A stretch of 64,000 nt of DNA from Eledone cirrhosa (lineage: Eukaryota): the NCBI GenBank assembly GCA_964016885.1, contig OZ024742.1, positions 87,482,001 through 87,546,000 on the forward strand. The letters are read 5' to 3'. Shown here in pieces: positions 10,710-23,987 of this stretch. A program made the translations under genes and the position numbers. A model generated the notes under the pieces. It was not told the origin of the DNA. It saw nothing but the letters and a program-made list of their open reading frames with translations, and ran no database searches. Numbering within the stretch: position 1 is the first letter of the stretch; the number at the start of each line of letters is the position of its first letter.

Positions 10710-13572
10710 GTATTTGATCATCTGTGGCTCTTTCAACATCGAATACAGAACAAACATATATCAACTGGAAAAAGAAACATCCCGAAAACAGAGGCTATAT
10801 TGACAGTAACAAACTAGCCAATATACGAAGAAATATTGTAAGAAAAAAGTTACTAACTGATATAGAAATTGATCCGATCAAGCTAGTAGCAAAAAGTCTC
10901 GGCCAAAGCTGCTCGTATAAGGCGCTTTGAAAAACGATCTAGATTCTATAAGGACAAAATATGTTCAAAAACAACCAAAGAAACTTCTACAGAAAAATTG
11001 GTAAGTCAACAATAACTGATAAATCAATACCACCCAAGGAGGAAGTGCAAGAATTCTGGGAAAAGATCTGGGCCGAAGAAAAAGTTCATAACATACATGC
11101 CCCATGGATAGACAGACAAATGAAAGATACAGCTCACCTTGAAGAACAAACATGGGAAAATATAACAGTTGAACAGTTGCGCTTGGCTCTAAAAAAAACC
11201 AGCAAATGGAAATCCCCAGGAAAAGACAAAATAAAAAAACTTTTGGATAAATGCCTTCACAGAGTCTCATGAGCTGTTAGCCCAACTTTACAATGAAATA
11301 GTTAAGGAGCCATAAAAGATACCATCATGGCTAGTTAACGGCATTACATTCCTGCTACCGAAGAATGATGAGACAAACAATCACAAAAATTACAGACCGA
11401 TAACCTGCTTGACCACAATGTATAACATTTTAACATCAGTCCTAACTGAATACACATATGACCACCTGATAACAAATGACCTATTTCCCATTGAGCAGAA
11501 AGGGTGTAAACGAGGCTCATATGGCTGTAAGGATCAGCTTCTGGTTAACAAAATGATACTGGAAGATTGTCATAATAGACACAAAAATCTATCGATTGCT
11601 TGGATAGATTATAAAAAAGCATTCGATAGTTTGCCACACAGTTGGATTGAAAAATGTTTATAGATTTTCAAAATATCCCCCGTTGTCAGGAGGTTTTTGT
11701 CATTCAGTATGAAGACATGGAGTACGACACTCTTTTTGAATAGTGACACATAATCACTGGAAGCTGGAGTAGTTAATATTAATTGTGGAATTTTTCAGGG
11801 TGACTCTTTATCACCGCTTTTATTCTGCATCACACTTATACCATTAAGTAAAATGCTCAATGAAACAAAACATGGATATAGAGTCTATGACAAAACCATT
11901 AATCACCTGTTCTACATGGACGACCGGAAACTATTTGCAAAAAATGATGAACAATTGCAGGGTCTATTATCCACTGAGAAGCAGTTCAGTGATGACATTA
12001 AAATGGACTTTTGACTGGATAAATGTGCCAAAGCAACGTTCACCAGAGGAAAGCTGCTGAAGAGTTCAGACATTAATCGTGATAAGAGAGCTTGATCAAG
12101 AAAAAACTTACAAATATCTAGGTGTTTGTGAAGGAGACGGAATCAAGCACTCGACAATGAGGGAAAGGATAAGGAAGGAATGTTACCGCAGAGTCAGAGC
12201 AATCTTAAGAACGGAATTGAATGCAAGGAATAGGATCGATGCCATAAACACGCTTGCCATACCAGTAGTAACCTACAGTTAGAATGTCATCAACTGGTCA
12301 CGCACAGAGATCCGTAGGCTCGATACAAAAATCCGAAAATTCTTAACCATGCACAGAATGCATCACCCTAAGGCAGACATAGATAGAATATATCTCCCTA
12401 GGAAAGAAGGAGGACGTGGGTTCAACCAGTTAGACATTGCGTTGAAAACTGCAACAATTGGATTATCCACATATCTAAGGGAATCACATGATTGGATGAT
12501 CAAACTCGTTTTGAAACACGAAAGCACCAAAAGATCATATTCCATTACAAGAGATGCACAAAGATACAGTAATGGACTACACATTTCAGAAGTCCCATTT
12601 ACTCTTGAAATGGAAAACACAGAAAAAGCAAAGCAGGTAAAAGTAACTGCAAAGAAAGAACTGCTACAGAAACTGGCTAAGAAATGGCAAGAAAAGCCTC
12701 TGTGTGGAAAATACCCAGAGCGAGCTAACAATCTTGATGTTGACAAATCTTTAACCCATCAGTGGTTGGCATCCTCTGGACTGAAATCGGAGACTGAAGG
12801 ACTGATTATATCGGCACAAGATCAGTGTCTGCCAACAAAAAATTACCAAGGCAACATAATAAAAGATGGGTGCAGCCCATTATGCCGTGTATGCAAAAAA
12901 CAACCAGAGACCATTGACCATATAATTTCAATGTGCAGTCCTATAGCTCCAACCGAATACCTAAACAGCCATGACAGAGCTGCACAATACATACATTGGA
13001 TAATGTGTAAGCATTTTGACCTGCCCCATCAAAAGAATTGGTGGGAGCATTAACCACCTCCCATACTTGAAAAAGATCACATCTCAATCACCAAACAGAC
13101 CGAAAAATAGATGCAAATAGACCTGATATAATATTGAAGGACTTTCAAAGGAGGGTATGCCTGCTAATTGATATGTCTGTTCCAATAGACAAGAATGTAT
13201 CTATAAAAACATTTGAAAAATTGAGCAAGTATAAGGACCTGGAGATAGAAAGTGGAAAAATGTGGAAATTGAGAACTAAAACAATACCAGTGGTTGTAGG
13301 CGCTCTGGGAATGATACCTAAGGGGTCTAACGACTACTTATCACAAATCCCAGGAAACCCGCGTATAGGAGAAATACAAAAGATAGTACTAATGGGAACT
13401 GCCCATATACTAAGGAAGATTCTGTCAATATAAGTACATCACAAGTCTAAACACTAAGGGTGCATGTGTGAATATGTATGTTCTTTCTTGAACATGGCGG
13501 ACCTTGTTGTCTCTTGAGGTCACTGGTTGTGACTTGGTGATAACTCGTATGAACATAAAGCAAGATAAATGC
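10710..13572 (+). mobile_element. R4/Dong-clade non-LTR retrotransposon (RT + CCHC + restriction-like endonuclease), decayed
   Basis: WKSPGKD, NYRPITCL, EQKGC, WIDYKKAFDS, GIFQGDSLSPLLFC, HLFYMDD, EGGRG, CRVCKKQPETIDHIISMC, RPDI, IDMSVP..KY.DL; 3' end abuts (TAA)n. Confidence 0.9.
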
Positions 13573-13573
13573 A

Positions 13574-13647
<74 letters not shown>
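13574..13647. repeat. (TAA)n microsatellite between two R4/Dong elements
   Basis: About 25 consecutive aat units. Confidence 0.95.
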
Positions 13648-13651
<4 letters not shown>

Positions 13652-14870
13652 AGTAAGGAGCGTATTGAAGTCACATCTGAACAGCAGAAATGCCATAAGC
13701 GCAGTAAATTCCCGAGCTGTGTCTATTATTAGGTTCAGTGCGGGAATTCTGAGATGGTATGTTGCTGAACAAAAAGAAATGGATAGGAAGACTAGGAAGC
13801 TGTTGACTATCTACAACATGTTCCACAAGAGGAGTGATGTCGATAGACTCTACCTAGGGAGATCTGAGGGTGGAAGAGGTCTTATCAGCATAGAGGACTG
13901 TGTTCAGATAGAGAAAAACAACCTATACAAATACGTGACCTACAGTAAGGAGCCAATGCTCAGAACTGTACTGAAGGAGGGCACAGTAGGCCAGGGGATG
14001 TCCAAGGAGGAAATAACATCAAGGAGGAAGAGCAGCCTTAAGGGAAAATCCCTTCATAGTACCTTCTTTGAGAAAACTGAATTTAGAGATCCACAGACAT
14101 GGAACTGGTTGAGAAGAGGAGACCTCAAAAAGGCTACAGAAGGAATGCTAATGGCTGCGCAGGAGCAGGCCCTCAAAACGAAGTGGTTGAAGCACCATAT
14201 TTACAAGGAGGAGGCTAGCCCACTGTGCAGGATCTGTGGAGAGAGAGAGGAGACTGTGGCTCACATTGTGTCCGAGTGTAAACACCTAGCCCAGACACAC
14301 TATAAGGGCTGGAGACACGATGTGATGGGCAGGGTGATCCACTGGCACCTGTGCAAAGTAAACAATTTACCACATTCTGAGAAATGGTATGAGCATAGGC
14401 CAGAGGCGGTGATGGAGAACAATCAGGTGAAGGTGCTGTGGGATTTTAGGATACAGACGGACAAACAACTGGAACACAATATACCTGACCTGGTGGTTGT
14501 GGACAAAAAAAAAAGATCGTGTCTGATTGTGGATGTGGCCTGCCCTTTCGACAGGAGAGTGCAAGAGAAGGAGAGGGAGAAAATTAACCGATACCAGGAC
14601 CTAAAGTGGGAGGTGAAAAGGATTTGGAACTGCCATGAAGTCAAAGTGATCCCGATTGTCATAGGCGCACTGGGGACTATCTCCAAACGTTTCCAGGGAT
14701 GGTTAAAGAAAATCGGCCCCTTCACGCTTTTTGGAACGCTTCAAAAGGCATGCTTGCTGGGAACAGCAAGAACCCTCCGATACGTCCTGAATATCTGAGG
14801 CTGCAGGTAGTGGCTTGATATTCATTCCAACGGACTTTCCAGTTAACCAACATCAATGACTGAAATTCAA
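13646..14870 (+). mobile_element. 5'-truncated R4/Dong-clade element, second family; open frame from late RT/thumb to RLE (stop at 14798)
   Basis: DVDRLYLGRSEGGRGL, LCRICGEREETVAHIVSEC, WRHD, LWDF, IPDLVV, IVDVACPFD..EKINRYQDL, PIVIGALG; (TAA)n on both sides. Confidence 0.9.
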
Positions 14871-14884
14871 GGAATAACAACAAC

Positions 14885-14894
14885 AATAATAATG

Positions 14895-14962
<68 letters not shown>

Positions 14963-15095
14963 AAGAAGAAGAAGAAGAAGAAGAAGAAGAAGAAGAAGAA
15001 GAAGAAGAAGAAGAAGAAGAAGAAGAAGAAGAAGAAGAAGAAGAAGAAGAAGAAGAAGAAGAAGAAGAATAGGACGACGACGACGACGACGAGAC
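14885..15095. repeat. Compound microsatellite (TAA)n-(GAA)n-(GAC)n
   Basis: Direct reading; the GAA tract spans ~14933-15069. Confidence 0.95.
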
Positions 15096-16147
15096 GACAC
15101 AGCAAGAAAAGCAAAACATGATTATTATTGTTGATAAAAATGGCAATTCTAATTCCTGTATCATTCGTATTGCTGACATTATTATTAGTCATTCTGTTAT
15201 TGGTAAATTGTGGAACAGTAGAATCGGTAGACAATTGGTGAAAATGCCTTGACATATTTTGTATGGTGTTCTTTATTCAATTGTTTGCGATATTTACTTT
15301 ATCAATTACTTTAATTTAATTGAAATTGAAATCATGCATATAGATATTTCCACCAATTAATAAGAAATCGTTAAATATTTTTGCTGCGTAGAAACGTTAT
15401 GAAAATATCTAAAGAGGTGCTCATAATGTATGATTTAGCCTGTTTGAGTGTGGAGTCTGTAGTAGAAAATGCAAAACTAGTAATTACCTTATGTTGGTCA
15501 GAACAGGGAATGCAAAATGAAACAAATACAAATTCCTTGAACTTAATAATATGTGAATATAACGTGGGTTATATATCGCGAAAAATGTGTTGTTCGTTTT
15601 AGAGTTAGGCAAGAGTGGTAAATAACAAAGCATTGGCTCTGCTTATATAAATAATCCTATATTTACTCAAAAATAAGAAATCGTAAATATTTCCTTTCTA
15701 TGTGCTTATTAAATGATATGTGATACAATGCCAACGCTATTCGCATTTGACAATATTAATGTTTTTAAAATACATTAGCATATAAATGCTTATTTGTCTA
15801 AAATTTTGGGCAAATATTTGAATACTGTAAGGAACCCCTAATTAGAAGGAAAATTCTCCGGAACCGTCATCGTATTGCTCATATCAGGCACAACACCAAC
15901 ATAATAATTGTCAGTTAAATTCAATTAATTGGAATTATGTTATATATGATTTATTTATAACTATCTTCACATGAAAGAGGAAGATTTAATTATTCTGACA
16001 TTCTTCATTTATTAAGTAATCTTTCTAAAATCGACATTAATTTTTGGTTCTCATACCGTGATGATGCCTGCATAATTTTAGCTGCATTACTATTTTAGAA
16101 GGCATTCTGTTTATGTGTAGTAAATAAGATGATTACACACGTAATCA

Positions 16148-16335
16148 TTGTTTCTACTTTTGGCACAAGAGCAGCAATTCACCAGTACATTACTGGTACT
16201 TTATTTTATTTGACCCCGTAAGAATGAAAGGCAAAGTTAACCTCAGCGGTATTTGAACTCAGAATTGCAAGGGCCTTAAGTCTATGCGTCAAAGCATAGC
16301 GTCCGACGCTCTACAGATACTGTCAATCGACAATA
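16148..16335 (-). mobile_element. tRNA-derived SINE copy
   Basis: Minus-strand B-box gagttcaaatacc followed by gcctttcattct..ggggtc..aaaataaaagtaccag; same family as 17553, 27945, 31645 and 52770. Confidence 0.75.
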
Positions 16336-17552
16336 ATGATATATCTTTGTTATAAACAACACCACAACATTCTAGTTAACGTATACTAGATTGCTGAAAA
16401 AATATTTCATAAAACCTAGGAAGATATCAATGTATATTAAGTTGATATATTCTAATGGAATGATATCATATTTATTGTAAATTGTCTCCCAGTCTCTATG
16501 TATTTTCATCTAAATTATGTCTTATTCTCCTGTTCCCTCTCTTATTCTCCATATTATAATCATACACACGAATCAGAATTGCAATAGCTATGTTGTATAT
16601 ATACATTTACAGCGCCCCTTGCCGTTCCTGTATTCATGCATGGAGAAGGTATGGATTTTAGACTGATGATATAGGTATATATATGCCCCTCTGTGTGTAC
16701 ATATAGCATGTTGTGTCGTTGTGTTCCTAATTAGAACCACCATCCATTGTGTTTCTAGGAATTCGAATTGATTAACATATCTGATCATTATAACATTATA
16801 ATCATCTCATCCTATATCCATGAACATACATTGCATTTGAGATTATCTCGGGTGTCGGTTAATCTATCTACCCTATATTATAATTGTGTGAGCAATATTG
16901 TAGCAAATTATCGAATCGAAAATGCCAGTACCTTATCACAATTTCATCAGATATACGTATAAACGTTGCACAGGAGAATTGGTGTCTTCCTAAAGTAGGA
17001 CCCCAATGTAAAAGCATTATTAGCAATAGAAAAATACGCAGGTGCAGTAATGTTAGTGAACATAACAGTGTCCTGTCAAATAATAAAGGTGCCCTGTCAA
17101 ATTTTGATATGAAAATCTAGAATAAGTCTGGAACACATAATAGAATAATATAAATACGCGGTTTATTGGCTACAAGAGTGCAAGGTTTTTGAATATGAAA
17201 AAAAGTTAGATAAATATGATCAATAGTGATAATTTCTCTGCAGGTGTTTCAGATCAACAGTTACAACATAGGGAATACGTTGATAACAATAAATAAGAAT
17301 GATGTCGTTTATTCACAATCTGACAGAAGGAAACCAATTCCAAAATGACATGGAATACAATGGTGATTCATTCGCACCTCGACAAATATTCTCAAGTGTC
17401 CATGAGCAAACTATTACGCTAAATATATACAGCTACTAATAACTCGGCAAATAATAATCGCCATCACGATAGTAGAAACTATTTGCATATAGTGCTGAAA
17501 GAAATTGTTCAAAATATATAGGTGTTAACGATTATTATTTCTCTTATTAAAC

Positions 17553-17672
17553 TGAGTTCAAATGCCACCGAGGTTAACTTTGCCTTTCATCCTTACGGGG
17601 TCGATAAAATAAAGTACCAGTAATATACTGGATAATTGCTGGCCCTGTGCCAAAAAGTAGTAACAATTATTT
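17553..17672 (+). mobile_element. tRNA-derived SINE fragment
   Basis: gagttcaaatgccaccgaggttaactttgcctttcatccttacggggtcgataaaataaagtaccag: B-box plus a Deu/Nin-like central domain (domain assignment from recall). Confidence 0.75.
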
Positions 17673-17768
17673 CTCATATTAAAAACAATATGCTAGACAA
17701 GAAACAAAGTAAACCTTACAAACGCATTTTGTAAAAGAAGTGACACACACGCGCGCGCCTTGGTACGT

Positions 17769-17934
<166 letters not shown>

Positions 17935-18343
17935 TTTTATATATATATATATAGTTAAAAGAATAGAGGTGTAACACACACGTTATTATATATTGGTAAA
18001 CGGAATAGAAAATGCTGACAAATTGTTCACAGTTGAAAAATGGTTTAATTAGGAATAAAAGAGTATTAGTAATTGTATGGGTTAGTATTCAGATGTGGTT
18101 TTAAGTTTTTAAGTTTTTTACCGGTTGCGCATTTCTAAATGCTTTTCAAAAGATAATTTTGAGATAGAGTGTCCGTGTTGTTTGCTCTGATCAGAGTAAT
18201 GTAAAGTAATTAAGTCAAATATAGATATACTGCTATATATATGTCCAATGATGACTGTCACCGAAATATACATAGCAGTACATCTTTAATAAACAAAGCC
18301 ACATTTTATATATTTGACTTAATTACTCTCTCTCTCTCTCTCA

Positions 18344-18375
<32 letters not shown>

Positions 18376-18383
18376 CTCTCTCT

Positions 18384-18446
<63 letters not shown>

Positions 18447-20952
18447 GATATATGTGATATAACATATTCCATATGATATTCTGACACTTCTGATATTCAA
18501 CTAATGTTTATGATATTTGCAAAAAGGAAGAGAAATTATACTGAATAGTGTACTGATATTAAAAGCTCTCCAATTAATTCTTCATCCCGAAAGATCACCC
18601 ACTTTCTTAGTTTTAAGAACTGCTATTGTGTTAGATTTAGATTGAATATCAATATGTTAAACAAAAAACATTTGGCGTAAGTCTTAGAAGATATTACTTT
18701 AGTCAGCAAGGCTTGTTAGTATATTAACATTTCATGGAACTTCCTATCATTTCATACACGTTTTCACATGAGTGAGATTTTACAAGTGCTGTCTAAATGA
18801 AATGTGACTAACTGAATGTGTACGTGAATCTATACATATATGTATATAATGTACATCAGTCTGGTCTATACAAAAGTACAGTTGGTTTTCGCTGATCGTA
18901 AACATTATATTTCATCCACACTTCTACAACAATCAAACGTGTGTTGTTAAATTTCCAGTCGACAGCCGTGATTGAAATAAATGAATAAAAAAAAATATAC
19001 ATGCATATTTTATCAGCTTCAGATTCGACGGATTCCTCGCAGGTATGCTTTCTTCTGCTACGTGAGCATATACAATTGTCTGTACTGTATGATATAGCTC
19101 GCGTATTTTAAAAGCTCCATCTTTTTAAATATAACACTTATTCTGCTGAAATTATTTGAAACGTTGCAAACATTAATTACACATTTTGTAATGTTTGGTG
19201 ATATAAAGAAGTAAATAATTCATTTGGAGCAGAGAAACACGAAATAATACGTGCTTGTAAAACACATAACGGAGGATTAACGCATGTTGTTTTTATAAGT
19301 TAGTGATCTATAATTGTAGTTAATTTCAGGAATTACTAATGAATGTAACAAGTATCTAAGGCATATAATTCCCCTTCACATGCAGAATATATTTTTATAG
19401 TATAAATGTTTTCCGTTTACACAAATAATTAACCCATATCATTTATAGTACTGATAAAATCTAAAAAAAGAAATGCCACTCAATATATAACAAATCGTTC
19501 GAAATTATTTGGATATTAATTATCGAGAGTATAGTACATCCAATATATGTAACTATTAATAATGTATTTGTTATAAGAAGTTGAAACCTTATATCCATTA
19601 TCATGCTATAAGTACTTGATTTGGCGTTATTCAAAGAAAGTCGAAATAAATTTCTCCGTCATTGTTTAAAGGAATCGCTAAATCTTACTGATCGAGTCCT
19701 GAATCATAGGAAGTGATTCCCCTCGGATTAGTAAACGTAACCTGTCAGGCTGAGACTAATTTTAATTTTCTGTTTCAACAAATTGGCCCAGCTCTTACAA
19801 AAGAATATTACGTTAAGTTAAACATGCTGTTCGCAATGTTATGGCTTGAGGAAATTATATTCGAATCACACATCCTACCAACGGCATGATAAACAGTGCA
19901 CCAAATCTGGATAAAATAGTGGTCTATGTTTTCGTTGCATAAAACTATCAAACCAAATACAGGATTTAACGTTTGTGGAAACATGTCGAAAAAATGTTCA
20001 TATAATACATCTAGAATCTGAAGATAAGTTAGGATCACATATATTGAAAGAATTATATCATATATGTGATTACGTGTTATGAAATATCTATTATTTCTCC
20101 GAATATTGGTTTTATGTGTATCTGTTTTTCACAAACAGTTATATGTATCTCGTGTTAATGAGAGTACAGTGTGGCACAGATCATGAAAGAATTGACGGAT
20201 AATAAAAAAAGGTGTTTTGTATATAACAAATTGATATAGCTAGCAATATTTCAACGAGAACTGACACACCGTTAGGCACATGGACTCCAATGATCCATCA
20301 ATTCAGTGACGATTAGCTTATGCTGGTGCAGATAATAAAAGAGATGACATTATGCTGCGTTAAAGGTATCGTGTTTAAACAAATATGTCGGTGCAATATT
20401 GATGTTTACCATCGTTAAAATTGAGGGATTAAATAAAATAAATAATGAAACCCATAATATACAAACACACACACCCACTTAAATGTTAACTATCCCCAAA
20501 CAATTTTTCATATAATTTCGGAAATAGTATCGAGGGATTTCATGTTACTTAATATATGATTAATATTATCAGTGAATTCATCTAGTTTCTGAATTATTAT
20601 AAATACTATCAAAATGAACGTTTCAGCAGAAAAAGTGTTAAAACAGATAAGAGCAGTGAGATTAGTAATAATAATAATGTTCAATATACTTCTGCTTTTT
20701 TTCTCCTGACAGATAGATGTGAAATAGGCAAGTATGATGGTGGAGAACATTTTTAGCTTTCTAATTTTCTGTTGTCTCCGGAAAGACAACGAATGCACAC
20801 TTTCGATCTTTTGCAATACCGTTCTTCTGTTGCTTTAATTTCCTCACCTTATTATTAAAATGAATATTCGTAATGTTAATATAATGATTGCAAATATTAT
20901 AATGACAACTCATTATAAATATTAGCTTAGATATTCTATTTTTTCAGTATTT

Positions 20953-20975
20953 TTATTATTATTATTATCTTTATT

Positions 20976-21072
<97 letters not shown>

Positions 21073-21127
21073 TATTATCATTATTATTATTACAACTTCT
21101 ACCATCATGACTATTATTATTATTATT
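20953..21127. repeat. (TTA)n microsatellite
   Basis: Direct reading. Confidence 0.95.
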
Positions 21128-21590
21128 TGGTTGGTATGCTTGCTACGTACCTTTATCACTGACCAATTACTTTTTTTCGTTTCATCCGAGAGGGGTGAGT
21201 TCAGAGGTTATGCTGCCTACCAAACCATGCATCCGTAAACCTTACCGTCATATTCTATCGCTATATCTGCATACTTCTATTACTATTCCCAGCAGCTTTC
21301 TATATAGTTTGTTTTTTAACTGCAAAACTCACATATCGATATATACATATGAATACATTTGTTTCAGCGAAAGGGGTATTGGAGAGCATGCTGTAGATTG
21401 TAGATGCTGGGCATGCCCCCGCTTACTCTACCTTTTCTTCTAGTAGCATGCTTTGAACAGCGTAATGAATTTACAAATATATGTATAGCATACATTTGTT
21501 TCTGTGAATGGAATCAATATCAATCAGAAATCATGAAACCCATTTCGTCAACCACACCAATATATAGCATATATCTATGTTTTTTTCCTC

Positions 21591-21621
<31 letters not shown>

Positions 21622-21641
21622 CCATAAATATATACACACAC

Positions 21642-21685
<44 letters not shown>

Positions 21686-21910
21686 CATACATATATACAT
21701 ATGTATACGAAGGTCGGCTGAACTGTTCATAGTTTCAATAACAGTTTCTTAAGGAAAACAATCACTGATGGTTATTTTTCAACATAATCTCGGAATAGAA
21801 ACAATGCCATCATTAATAAGAATTGGTACTAATGCCTGGACTCCTGTAGCATAATTCATACTTAGTCATTGAATGAACTCTTCTGCTCACTCTCGGATAT
21901 AAATACACAT

Positions 21911-21960
<50 letters not shown>

Positions 21961-21964
<4 letters not shown>

Positions 21965-22475
21965 ATAAGCAGAACAAGCAAAATTCAACCAATTTTTAAA
22001 AATAAATATTTACCTCTTCTAATGGCCCTTACTGATCAGTTACGCTTTGCAAAACCCCAGAAATCCGATGGATATCTGATGGAAAACTAAAGCTCATCGG
22101 AGAAGTATTTTCCTTTACTAGGGCTAAAAGACCCAGGAACGATAAAATATATGACCTTCTGCCAGCTAACACAGGTCTGAAAGGTCGTAAAAGTGACCCG
22201 TATGTAAACTGGTCTGAAGTAAAAGCGGGAAACCACAGACTTGCTGTCTATAATTACTACTGAAAAATAGCACCTAAATAGAACAACAGATTTGTTCTCT
22301 ACATAATGGAGCATAATGAATGAATTTAATATGTGCAAGGATACTAAGTACCCCTAGAAATACATAAGTTGTCTATGATTCAAGGTTGTTCAATGGTATT
22401 AATTTGATATACCAGAACTTTAATATTAAGATAAGCAGAACGAGCAAAATTCAACCAATTTTTTTTTAAATAAAT
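21961..22475 (-). mobile_element. Small non-coding element with ~45-bp terminal direct repeats in (TA)n and a degenerate hammerhead (22026-22104)
   Basis: aagataagcagaac(a/g)agcaaaattcaaccaattttt at 21962 and ~22428. Minus strand: uucu-CcGAUGA-gcuuu...aaagc-GuAAC-ugauca-GUA-aggg. Confidence 0.65.
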
Positions 22476-22487
22476 AAAAAAATATAT

Positions 22488-22539
<52 letters not shown>

Positions 22540-22573
22540 TATAAATATATATATATATATATATAAAAATATA

Positions 22574-22686
<113 letters not shown>

Positions 22687-22727
22687 AGGAGGTTATACAT
22701 ATACAAACGTTTATATATATTATATAT

Positions 22728-23267
22728 TATGTATTTTGCAATACACTGTATGCTTAATTAAAAGCATTTCAAAGACCTTACGCTATTGTTTTAGAGTAGT
22801 GACAATCTCACTTATTTAAATGTTCAGCAAACAGAGGAGATAACGTTGACAGAGCTATGTTTCGTACTGATCGGTACTTATGCTGAAAATCATGAATGTT
22901 TGATTCTTATAGAATTTCTAGTAATAATCAGGAACTGATTATAAAGAACGGTTGCCGGTCAAGCAGAAATTGAAAATTAGAATTGGTGCTCTGAAATAGC
23001 GATATATATGTGAATGTATATATAATGTATTTTTCTATACACTGTATGCTTAATTAAAAGCATTTCGAAGACCTTATGCTATTGTTTTCGAGTAGTGACA
23101 GTCTCACGTACTTTGAATTTTCAGCAAACAGCGGAGATATAAGACTCTCACTGCTCTAAAACAATAGCATATGGTCTTCGAAATGCTTTTAATTAAGCAT
23201 ACAGTGTATTGCAAAATACATTATATATACATTCATATATATATCGCTATATCTGAGCGCCAATTCT

Positions 23268-23270
<3 letters not shown>
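22728..23270. repeat. (TA)n-flanked element with direct plus inverted internal repeats; second copy at 48810-49420
   Basis: gtattttgcaatacactgtatgcttaattaaaagcatttc..agaccttatgctattgttt repeats directly (22731, ~23027) and inverted (~23150-23225). Confidence 0.8.
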
Positions 23271-23309
<39 letters not shown>

Positions 23310-23312
<3 letters not shown>

Positions 23313-23588
23313 GATATTAACAAATGGAAACTATATTTATAAAACCATATTTATTTCATTATACATATTTCAAGGACACAAAGTTAAATTATGGTGTGCT
23401 TCCATTCCATAAAATATAATATAGAGCAGTTTTAAAAATATATATTGACATACCTTTAAAGAATGCAACCATAAATGTTGGAAGCTGCTGGATAGTCGTT
23501 TTTACACCAAATATTTGTTGAGTGCTTTATATCAATTATAAAAAAATATTTGCTTGTTGTATCCCAACAATTTAAATAGAACGTTTAC

Positions 23589-23590
<2 letters not shown>
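23310..23590 (-). mobile_element. Copy of the hammerhead-bearing family also at 23770-23980, 26550-26812 and 37505-37680 (core decayed here)
   Basis: Reverse complement of 26560-26810 (aaatggaaactatatttataaaaccatatttatttcattata...). Confidence 0.7.
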
Positions 23591-23644
<54 letters not shown>

Positions 23645-23987
23645 TATATGTATGTGTGTGTGTGTGTATGTATGCAGATGTTATATTTAATGTTTTGGGA
23701 TTCAGCAAGCTTAAACAGTGTCATAACTGATATAAAGCACTCGGAAGTATAGTGGAGTAAATACACAATATATTAATAAATGGAAACTCTATTCATATAT
23801 TCATATGTATTTTATTATATATATGTCAAGGGCAACCAAGGCAAATTATGGTGCGCTTAACGATTGAAGCTTCCTGCAAGCTCCAACCGTTAAGGTTGTC
23901 TTTTTCCGGGTATGTCAATATTTATTTATAAAATAAATATCGATTTAAAAATATAGTTTTCATTTATTAATATATTTTATATATATA

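Noticed and set aside
13569-13647. N-terminal MQIIII... extension of the 409-aa ORF
   Set aside because: Chance read-through of the (TAA)n tract; the element is 5'-truncated.
16663-16700. ctgatga motif as a hammerhead (also ~3623)
   Set aside because: No downstream GAAA/NUH with pairing stems.
17553-17620. tRNA gene suggested by the GTTCAAAT B-box
   Set aside because: No cloverleaf; it continues into a SINE body repeated five times in the window.
21704-21870. Possible Tc1/mariner remnant (TA-CGAAGGTCGGCTGAA...)
   Set aside because: No matching second TIR or recognisable transposase frame; too weak to call.
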